Source of the DNA: Lachnospiraceae bacterium
GTDB taxonomy: Bacteria; Bacillota; Clostridia; Lachnospirales; Lachnospiraceae
DNA length: 64,000 nucleotides
Direction of reading: 5' to 3'
Assembly: GCA_045616165.1 (NCBI GenBank)
Contig: JAZLGF010000023.1
Location: 906 to 64,905, forward strand
A program made the translations under genes and the position numbers. The first letter of the stretch is position 1; each line of letters opens with the position of its first letter. A model generated the notes under the pieces. The model was not told the DNA's origin, ran no database searches, and saw only the letters and a program-made list of their open reading frames with translations. Of this stretch, positions 56,839-64,000 are shown in pieces.

Positions 56839-58347
56839 TTAAATCATTACATCTATAATTTCGTTTTCGGAAAGTTCCTTACTTCTTAAAAACTCTCCTG
56901 CAAATTCGCCATCTTTCAATATGATTATCCTATCGCTCATACCTAATAGTTCAGTCATTTCTTCAGATATCATAATGATAGATGTTCCTTTTTTTCTCAT
57001 ATCATTAATCAAAGCATACATCGCAGCTTTAACGCCGATATCAACACCTCTAGTTGGGCAATCAAGAATAAGAATGTCACAATCTCTTCCAATCCATTTT
57101 CCAAAAACTACTTTTTGTTTATTTCCGCCTGAAAGATATTGAACATCTTGTTTAATAGATGCACATTTTATAGACAAGTCATTAACTTGCTTCATAACAT
57201 AGTCATTACATGCCTTTTGGCTTAAATAAAGTCCTTTTTGAAGTTTGTCAAATCCTGCTGCAAGAATATTATCTTTAATGCTTTCAGTAAGAACCAAAGC
57301 TTCTTTATCTCTATCTTTTGATACATACCCAAATCCATGAAGAAGTGCCTCTCTAGCACTCTTGATTTCATCTCCAGAACGCATGTCTACAACTCTACCA
57401 CTTAATATAGTAGCTTCACCGAAGCATGCCTTTCCAAGTTCATGCATTCCACAGTGCGATAGTCCACCAATACCTAATATCTCACCTTTATGAAGTTCCA
57501 TAGAAAAATTCATTAACATTCCCTGGCCGGTTGTTACATCTTCTACTTTAAGTACAACTTCATCTGACACTGGTTCACCATAATCACTTCTGTAATATTC
57601 GCCAGTCATTTCTCTGCCTACCATATGTCTTTTTATAACAACTTCGTCAAATTCTTCTCTATCTAAAGTTGCTATAAGTTTTCCATCTCGTAAAACTGTC
57701 AGTGTATCGCAAATTTCCATAAGTTCTTCAAGGTCATGTGAAATAAATACAACTGCTTTATTCTCATCACGCATTTTTTTCATAATGTTGTAGATAATTA
57801 CACGACCTTGTTGTGACAAAGCTGTAGTAGTTTCATCTACTACAAGCATTTCCGGATTCATGTATACAGTTTTAGCAATCTCTACTAACTTTCTATCTTG
57901 CATATTTAAAGTATCTATCAACGCCAATGGATCTACATTCTCAAATCCAATTGAATCCAACGCTTTCTTGGCTTCATTACTCATCTTTTTTTTGTTTATA
58001 AATACTTTTCCAAATTTTGCTTCTTCACCTAGAAAAATATTTTCAGCAATAGAAATACCAGGAACTGTACCTTGTTCCTGTACTATCATTCCTATTCCTA
58101 GGCTTGTTCCTTCTATCATTGTTGATGGTTTATGTAGATTGCCTTTGAAAAACATTTCACCGCTTGTTGGCGGTTGCATGCCAGCGGCAATAGACGTAAT
58201 GGTAGATTTACCTGAACCATTCTCCCCAATTAGACCTGTAATTTTACCCCTGTAGACCTTAAAATCAACTTCATCAAGAGCTATTGTAGGCCCAAAGTGT
58301 TTAGAAAGTTTTTTAGTTTCAAATATTATTTCATCATGTTCTGACAT
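56839..58347 (-). CDS. Sugar ABC transporter ATP-binding protein with duplicated cassettes (RbsA/MglA-like)
   Basis: Walker A GENGSGKST in the first cassette and signature LSGGNKQKV in the second. ATG start at 58347 is preferred over the GTG at 58365. Confidence 0.85.
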   Translation of the reverse strand: MSEHDEIIFETKKLSKHFGPTIALDEVDFKVYRGKITGLIGENGSGKSTITSIAAGMQPPTSGEMFFKGNLHKPSTMIEGTSLGIGMIVQEQGTVPGISIAENIFLGEEAKFGKVFINKKKMSNEAKKALDSIGFENVDPLALIDTLNMQDRKLVEIAKTVYMNPEMLVVDETTTALSQQGRVIIYNIMKKMRDENKAVVFISHDLEELMEICDTLTVLRDGKLIATLDREEFDEVVIKRHMVGREMTGEYYRSDYGEPVSDEVVLKVEDVTTGQGMLMNFSMELHKGEILGIGGLSHCGMHELGKACFGEATILSGRVVDMRSGDEIKSAREALLHGFGYVSKDRDKEALVLTESIKDNILAAGFDKLQKGLYLSQKACNDYVMKQVNDLSIKCASIKQDVQYLSGGNKQKVVFGKWIGRDCDILILDCPTRGVDIGVKAAMYALINDMRKKGTSIIMISEEMTELLGMSDRIIILKDGEFAGEFLRSKELSENEIIDVMI

Positions 58348-58680
58348 AAAAATACCCCAATCCACAAGCTGAAATCTAATTTATTTTATTACACACCCAT
58401 AATTATAGTTTATGATAACAAGTATATTTTTATATTTCGTCCATTCTATTATTGAGTTAACCTTCTTTTTTTTACTTTGTTTGTATTTGTTTTTTTATTA
58501 CATTAAAATCTTTCTACTTTTTTACTATTTTAAATTAAAATATTTCTATTTTTTTAACTATATGTTATTATTGCATTATATCCAGACATAATATTCATTT
58601 TATAATATTTATTTGTTATTTTTTACTAAACAATACTCGTTTTTTTTGTGAAAATAATATATATTCAGGAGATAATAACC

Positions 58681-61128
58681 ATGGCCAATATTACAGTAAA
58701 AACATCAAACCATATTTCTACAGACTTTACTTGGAGCGAAAAATTACAATTCTTTTTTATTCTTAACGGATTCGTTCACATGCAAGTTAATTCTGATAAT
58801 TATGTGCTTAATAAAAATGATTTCTTTTTTATCAAACCTTATGAATTTTATTGTTGCTTAAATTCCGATGATTCGTGCAAATACTTTATTGTTGAAGTTC
58901 CTCTAGAAATTATTGAATCGGCATGTCCAGATTTTAGATTATATACTTTTGCAAATAGATTTATCCGTTCTGGAAACGAAGATGCGTCATATAATGAAAT
59001 ATGTTCAAACCTTGCTTCAATAGCATTAAACAACTTCGAAAAGCCTTCTGACAATCTATTAAAATATCGTTGCGTTCTTAATATTACTGAAATCATTATT
59101 CGAAATTTTTTGGTAACACTAGAGCAAGAAAATGACATAGTTAAAGAAAAAGAATCTCAACAAATTTTTTCTATTTTCCACTATATCGAAGATCATTACG
59201 CTGAAAACTTTTCACTTAGTGATATTTCAAAAGCATGTCATTTTCACCCTCAATATTTTTCGGTATATTTTAAAAAGAAATTTAAAACAAATTTTACCGA
59301 CTTCTTAAATTCTTTTAGGGTTAACAAAAGTATTTCCTTATTAAATTCCGGAAAAAAAAGTATTCTTGATGTTGCCTTGGCTGTTGGTTTTAACAATCAT
59401 AAAACTTATTCTTCTGCTTTCAAGAAACAATACAATCTTACTCCTGGTCAATTTAGACAACGTCTTAAACTTAATCCGATATCTAACGATGATGTAAATA
59501 TCAATGAAACTGATTTTGAGGATTTATTAAACTTTGCTAATAAAGAAAAAAACTATTCTGTTTTTTCTAATATTCCTCGTAAAATTAAAAATATTTCTTT
59601 CTCGTACGACGATTCAGTATGTATTAACAACAAAATGCTTAAAGGTATTACCGTGGGAAGAGCTATCTCCTGTCTAAGGCAAGAAGTTCAAAATCAACTA
59701 TCAAAAGTTATTAAAACAATGCCTTTGGACTTTATTCGAATACGTGATATTTTTTCCGACGACATGTTTGTATATTATGAAGATGCAGACAAGAATCAAT
59801 CTTATAGTTGGAAATATATTGACGAAATCCTTGATTACATTCTCTCGTTAAATATTATCCCTTTTATAGAAATAGGATATATGCCTAGCCAGCTGGCATC
59901 TAAAAAGCAATATGCTGGATGGCAATACCATCCAAATATCAGTTATCCAAAATCAATAGAAAAATGGATGCTTCTTATTTCAAAATTTATTGAGCATTTA
60001 AATATTCGTTATGGAAAACAGCAAGTACATACATGGATTTTTGATTTTTGGACATCCCCTAACCTAAATCTTTCCGATGGATATTGGAGAGAAAGTAAAG
60101 AAAAGTTTTTCACATTTTATGAAGCCACTTACAATGCTATAAAAAGAACTGACCCGGAAATATTTTTTGGCACGCCAAACTTTTCATACCCTTCGGGTCT
60201 TTTATGGTATAAAGATTTTTTAGATTTTGCTTATCAAAAAAATCTTTCTCCTAGTTTTATAGGCGTACATTTATATAATTGCGGCGATGGTCTTGGTGAT
60301 AACAAACAAGACTTTATGCGTTACACATCTTATGATGAAAATCAAGAAGTTTTTGACTTTCGTCCTGAAATGAATGTCATCTCTGATTCCCTTCTTACCG
60401 TTTATAAGTTAATTAAAGAGAGTCCTTTCCCAGACCTTAAAATAATTGTAGATGATTGGAGTTTAACTTTTAATCCTACTGACTATTTAAGAGATACTTG
60501 TTTTATGGCTCCATATATTTGTAAAACATTTTTTGATATTAGTCCTAATCTTTTAGCTGGAAGTTTTACATCCCTTTCAGACATAAACGAAGAATATTAT
60601 AGTACAGATAAAATGTTCCCTGGAGGCCAAGGTCTTTTTGAGTATCACGGTATTCCTAAAGCCTCATTTTTTGGATTAGTATACTCTTATAGATTTAGTA
60701 AAAACATTTTGCAATCAGAAAATAACTATATCATTGGAAAAACACATGATGGTTTTGAAATCCTGCTTTACAATACTGGAACAGGTGGTCGCAATGAAAT
60801 TCTAGATAAGTATGCTTTGCCATCGTATAACAATAGATATTCAACTTTTACAAAATCAGGTGTTATGGATTTTAACATTGTCGCACGATTACGACCTGGT
60901 ACCTACTCTATAACTATAAATAGATTAAATCGTAACGTAGGTTCTTCTTATGATTTATGGCAAAAGATGGGATCTCCAAAACGTCCCGATAGAGAAATTG
61001 TTGACTACTTAAAACATACAAGTGCCCCTTCTATCACATATCGTCAAGAGCGCACACAAAATTATATTTATATTAACGAAACCGTTGATCCTTTCGGAAT
61101 TTCATATATCTCTATAAAAATGCTATAA
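58681..61128 (+). CDS. AraC family transcriptional regulator fused to a GH39-like (catalytically degenerate) domain
   Basis: An N-terminal cupin-like region is followed by the AraC HTH (DISKACHFHPQYFSVYFKK...GFNNHKTYSSAFKKQY). The C-terminal ~500 aa resemble GH39 beta-xylosidases (WIFDFWTSPNL, IVDDWSLTFNPTDYLRDTCFMAPYICK). AGGAG SD precedes the ATG at 58681. Confidence 0.75.
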   Translation: MANITVKTSNHISTDFTWSEKLQFFFILNGFVHMQVNSDNYVLNKNDFFFIKPYEFYCCLNSDDSCKYFIVEVPLEIIESACPDFRLYTFANRFIRSGNEDASYNEICSNLASIALNNFEKPSDNLLKYRCVLNITEIIIRNFLVTLEQENDIVKEKESQQIFSIFHYIEDHYAENFSLSDISKACHFHPQYFSVYFKKKFKTNFTDFLNSFRVNKSISLLNSGKKSILDVALAVGFNNHKTYSSAFKKQYNLTPGQFRQRLKLNPISNDDVNINETDFEDLLNFANKEKNYSVFSNIPRKIKNISFSYDDSVCINNKMLKGITVGRAISCLRQEVQNQLSKVIKTMPLDFIRIRDIFSDDMFVYYEDADKNQSYSWKYIDEILDYILSLNIIPFIEIGYMPSQLASKKQYAGWQYHPNISYPKSIEKWMLLISKFIEHLNIRYGKQQVHTWIFDFWTSPNLNLSDGYWRESKEKFFTFYEATYNAIKRTDPEIFFGTPNFSYPSGLLWYKDFLDFAYQKNLSPSFIGVHLYNCGDGLGDNKQDFMRYTSYDENQEVFDFRPEMNVISDSLLTVYKLIKESPFPDLKIIVDDWSLTFNPTDYLRDTCFMAPYICKTFFDISPNLLAGSFTSLSDINEEYYSTDKMFPGGQGLFEYHGIPKASFFGLVYSYRFSKNILQSENNYIIGKTHDGFEILLYNTGTGGRNEILDKYALPSYNNRYSTFTKSGVMDFNIVARLRPGTYSITINRLNRNVGSSYDLWQKMGSPKRPDREIVDYLKHTSAPSITYRQERTQNYIYINETVDPFGISYISIKML

Positions 61129-61134
61129 AGCTTT

Positions 61135-61713
61135 CTATAATTTTAATATGATTCCCAGGCCAGCAGCGATTAATATATAAATAATTGGGTGCCCTTTGAA
61201 TGTTTTCATAATTGCAAACATGAAAACAAACACTAATAATGCTACCCAATTTATATGTGTAAAGATATCTCCTAGATGGCTAAACATGTCAAAAGTAATT
61301 TTTTCTATATCAAAAAATACTACTAAAATTACGTTAAGCGCTGCTGCCGCAATAAGCGCGGTTGAGGCAGGACGCAATATATGAAATCCACCTTGCACGA
61401 ATCTATTTGTTTTGAATCTATCTAAGATACGGGCAATTATTAATATAACAACTACTGACGGTAATATAAGGCTAAGTGTTGAAAGAATTGCTCCTGCTAA
61501 TCCATTCGTTATATAGCCTGCATACGTCGCCATGTTGACTCCTACTGGTCCCGGGGTTGCTTCCGATACAGCAATAAAATTTAATATATCATGGTGCGTA
61601 AACCATCCAAACTTATCACTCATTTCATAAAGAAACGGAATAGTTGCAAGTCCTCCACCAATAGCGAAAAGCCCCGTCTTCATAAAGTTAAGGCACATAA
61701 GAAGTAATGTCAT
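61135..61713 (-). CDS. Chromate transporter family protein (short-chain CHR, second half)
   Basis: 192-aa membrane ORF with FAIGGGLATIPF, overlapping the upstream half-gene by 4 nt. Confidence 0.8.
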   Translation of the reverse strand: MTLLLMCLNFMKTGLFAIGGGLATIPFLYEMSDKFGWFTHHDILNFIAVSEATPGPVGVNMATYAGYITNGLAGAILSTLSLILPSVVVILIIARILDRFKTNRFVQGGFHILRPASTALIAAAALNVILVVFFDIEKITFDMFSHLGDIFTHINWVALLVFVFMFAIMKTFKGHPIIYILIAAGLGIILKL

Positions 61714-62306
61714 TTTGCACCTCCACTTTTATTGTTCTTATCTTTTATTCCTGGCATTTTCTCGCCCATAACAATTGTAAGAATAACGCTGATAGCAATT
61801 ATTGTTAAAACGATAAAAACTGTTGGAAAGCGTGTGAATGCCGCAACTAAAAATACACAGACAAATACAACTAAAGTTAGCCAATCTACTACTGTCTTTT
61901 TTATAAAACCAATTGTTGCATTTATTATGAGGACGCATACGCAAATTCTAATTCCTGCGAATGCATGTAAAACATATTCATTATTTGCAAAATTGGAAAG
62001 AATAGCAGCGATAATGCAAATAATAATTATTGATGGCGTTACTACGCCTAGAGTTGCCCATATAGCGCCCCAAATTCCACCTTTTTTTCTGCCAACAAAG
62101 GTTGAAACATTAACGGCAATTACTCCGGGAGTTATCTGGGAGATTGCTATATAATCGAGAAGTTCTTCTCTATCTATCCATTTTTTCTTTTCGCCTAGTT
62201 CCTTGCTTATAATAGCAACCATGGCATACCCACCACCAAAGGTGCATATGCCAATCTTAAACATAGTCCAATATATATCAAAATATTTTTTGATACGTTC
62301 TTTCAT
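61710..62306 (-). CDS. Chromate transporter family protein (short-chain CHR, first half)
   Basis: 198-aa membrane ORF with TFGGGYAMVAI. Confidence 0.8.
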   Translation of the reverse strand: MKERIKKYFDIYWTMFKIGICTFGGGYAMVAIISKELGEKKKWIDREELLDYIAISQITPGVIAVNVSTFVGRKKGGIWGAIWATLGVVTPSIIIICIIAAILSNFANNEYVLHAFAGIRICVCVLIINATIGFIKKTVVDWLTLVVFVCVFLVAAFTRFPTVFIVLTIIAISVILTIVMGEKMPGIKDKNNKSGGAK

Positions 62307-63070
62307 CTATTTTGTCTAACATATTCCCATGCTAAGATGCCTGCTGCCACCGAAGCATTAAGTGAATCTATGTCTCCCTTCATAGGAATGCTTATTGTGA
62401 AATCGCATTTTTCTTTTACTAAATGACTTACCCCATTTCCTTCGTTTCCGATAACAAGTCCTATTGCTCCTTTAAGATTCGCATCATACATACGCTGCCC
62501 GTCCATATCTGCACATGCAAACCAAATACCTTTTTCCTTAAGGCTATCAATTGTTTGAGCAATATTAGTAACTTTTGCAATTAATGTATGTGAAACCGCT
62601 CCTGCGCTAGATTTTGCTACTGTTGCATTTACCGTAGCACTTCTATGCTTTGGAATAATTACCCCATGCGCGCCAGCAAGGTTCGCGCTTCTAATTATTG
62701 CACCAAGATTATGTGGATCTTCTATACCATCTAAAACAAAAATAAATGGCTTTTCACCCTTTTCTTCTGCCAAAGCTAAAATATCTTCTACTTCAGCATA
62801 TTTGATAGCTGATAAATTTAAGATAACTCCTTGATGGTGACCTGTTTCACTCATGCTATCAAGTTTCTCTTTTGGAACAGCCACTGTTAAAACTTTACGT
62901 TTTTTTGCCTCAGCAAAAATAGTTACAAGAGGGCCATCTTTTATGCCCTCTTGTATATATAATTTATCAATATTTTCACTTGTCTTTAAGCATTCAAGTA
63001 CAGGATTTCTACCCTCTACCATCAACTTATTGCTATCATTATTTGTTTTTTTGGTATTGTTTGATTCCAT
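62303..63070 (-). CDS. rlmB: 23S rRNA (guanosine-2'-O)-methyltransferase RlmB (SpoU/TrmH family)
   Basis: Motifs GRNPVLE, DGIEDPHNLGAIIRSA and GNEGNGVS. The true start may be the internal Met at 63022, which would remove the 32-nt overlap with mrnC. Confidence 0.85.
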   Translation of the reverse strand: MESNNTKKTNNDSNKLMVEGRNPVLECLKTSENIDKLYIQEGIKDGPLVTIFAEAKKRKVLTVAVPKEKLDSMSETGHHQGVILNLSAIKYAEVEDILALAEEKGEKPFIFVLDGIEDPHNLGAIIRSANLAGAHGVIIPKHRSATVNATVAKSSAGAVSHTLIAKVTNIAQTIDSLKEKGIWFACADMDGQRMYDANLKGAIGLVIGNEGNGVSHLVKEKCDFTISIPMKGDIDSLNASVAAGILAWEYVRQNR

Positions 63071-63419
63071 ACTCTAATATTTCTTTAACCCTATCTAATT
63101 GACCATTAAGATAAAGATGTCCAATCAAGCTTTCAAGTCCTGTTGCTTTTCTGTATTGAGCCGGTGTACAACTTTTTGGAACTGATGCGCTCTTTGCATT
63201 TCTTCCACGTTTATAAACCGCTTCTTCATCATCCGAAAGAACCGGAAGAATAATATCTACGATTTCTGATTGGGCAACTGCTTTGGAAAGTTTTGTAGTC
63301 ATTTTATTTAATGTATTTACATCTCCATTGAAGCCTCTTAACTCATGTTCACGAACAAAAAGTTCATAAACTGCATCACCTATAAATGCTAAATTTAAAC
63401 TGCTTATGTTCTGTGCCAT
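63039..63419 (-). CDS. mrnC: Mini-ribonuclease 3
   Basis: 126-aa ORF with LAFIGDAVYELFVRE, in the cysS-mrnC-rlmB context typical of Firmicutes. Confidence 0.85.
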   Translation of the reverse strand: MAQNISSLNLAFIGDAVYELFVREHELRGFNGDVNTLNKMTTKLSKAVAQSEIVDIILPVLSDDEEAVYKRGRNAKSASVPKSCTPAQYRKATGLESLIGHLYLNGQLDRVKEILEYGIKQYQKNK

Positions 63420-64000
63420 TTTACTCCCTCTCTTGTATCTTCGAGAACTATTCCCATTTCGGTTAGTTTCTCTCTTATTTTATCTGCCCTAGCAAAGTCT
63501 TTTTCTTTTCTTGCGGCCTGACGTTCTTCAATCATTTTTTCTACTTCTTCATCTAATGACTCCTCAGGCTTGTCTAAAATAATTCCTAAAATATCGCACA
63601 TTATAACAAGTCTTTTTTCTGCCAGCTCGCAAAGTTCTGTAGAAGAATTATCTTTAATATTTGTATTTATTGCGCGAACGAATTCAAATACTGCTGCGAT
63701 TGCATCAGCCGTATTGCAATCGTCGTCCATAGCTTTTTCAAATTTTGCAAGATAATCAGCGCCAAAGTCTTTATCTTCGCCTTCATCAAAACAAAATGAT
63801 CTTCCATCAGCGTTTTGTTCTGCGTAATCTAATTTCTTCTTAGCATTAAGTATTCTTTCAAGTCCTGCTTTAGCACTTTCCATTAATTCATCCGAGAAAT
63901 TAAGTGGACTTCTATAATGTGCGCTAAGCATGAAAAATCTCAAAACTTGTAAATCATACCTCTGTGCTATATCTCTTACAGTAAAGAAATTTCCTGCACT
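63404..64000 (-). CDS. cysS: Cysteine--tRNA ligase, C-terminal part (5' end outside the window)
   Basis: The reading frame is open to the window edge (...SAGNFFTVRDIAQRYDLQVLRFFMLSAHYRSPLNFS...), covering the CysRS anticodon-binding/DALR region. Confidence 0.85.
   Translation of the reverse strand, partial: SAGNFFTVRDIAQRYDLQVLRFFMLSAHYRSPLNFSDELMESAKAGLERILNAKKKLDYAEQNADGRSFCFDEGEDKDFGADYLAKFEKAMDDDCNTADAIAAVFEFVRAINTNIKDNSSTELCELAEKRLVIMCDILGIILDKPEESLDEEVEKMIEERQAARKEKDFARADKIREKLTEMGIVLEDTREGVKWHRT

Noticed and set aside
61135-62306. Two adjacent half-size chromate transporter genes, possibly a split pseudogene.
   Set aside because: Short-chain CHR proteins encoded as overlapping gene pairs are a well-known arrangement in Firmicutes. 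Both halves are intact, with a 4-nt start/stop overlap.

Overview
Low-GC (about one-third G+C by eye) chromosomal segment that looks like Firmicutes/Clostridia. It is almost fully coding, with most genes on the minus strand.

Housekeeping backbone: glyQS, recO, era, ftsY, rbgA/ylqF, rplS, hemW, lepA, argS, pyc, brnQ, rlmB, mrnC and cysS.

Accessory modules:
- 1-6048: a redox/hydrolase operon with a CocE/NonD hydrolase, a fumarate-reductase-like flavoprotein, a 2Fe-2S/GltD fusion and a NuoF-like Fe-S protein.
- 15.8-18.9 kb: a four-gene operon of unknown function with its own promoter, wedged between hemW-lepA and rplS. It encodes a DUF4143-type P-loop ATPase, a DUF4417 protein, a small basic protein and a small acidic protein.
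- 28.8-33.5 kb: a metal cluster with a FeoA-FeoB fusion, a P1B-type ATPase that appears to lack its nucleotide-binding domain, and an ArsR/SmtB regulator.
- 41.4-43.6 kb: an amino-acid ABC transporter.
- 43.6-46.1 kb: a HAMP-PP2C phosphatase co-transcribed with a tandem stefin/cystatin-like lipoprotein.
- 46.8-46.9 kb: a stand-alone tRNA-Leu whose anticodon reads AAG.
- 47-61 kb: a glycoside-utilisation locus with GH2, GT1, MBL, GH78, a CUT2-type ABC transporter and an AraC regulator fused to a catalytically degenerate GH39-like domain.
- 61.1-62.3 kb: a split chromate-transporter pair.

The most unexplained signal is non-coding. A ~530-bp GC-rich composite palindrome lies at 33584-34115, with a 30-bp perfect inverted core and an AT-rich centre built from six copies of GTTTATGG arranged as three hairpins. 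A related 175-bp GC-rich repeat-bearing spacer splits the arsR-like gene from the ATPase gene. I could not assign either element to a known RNA or mobile-element family from memory.

I saw no CRISPR array, rRNA gene, transposase or integrase gene.
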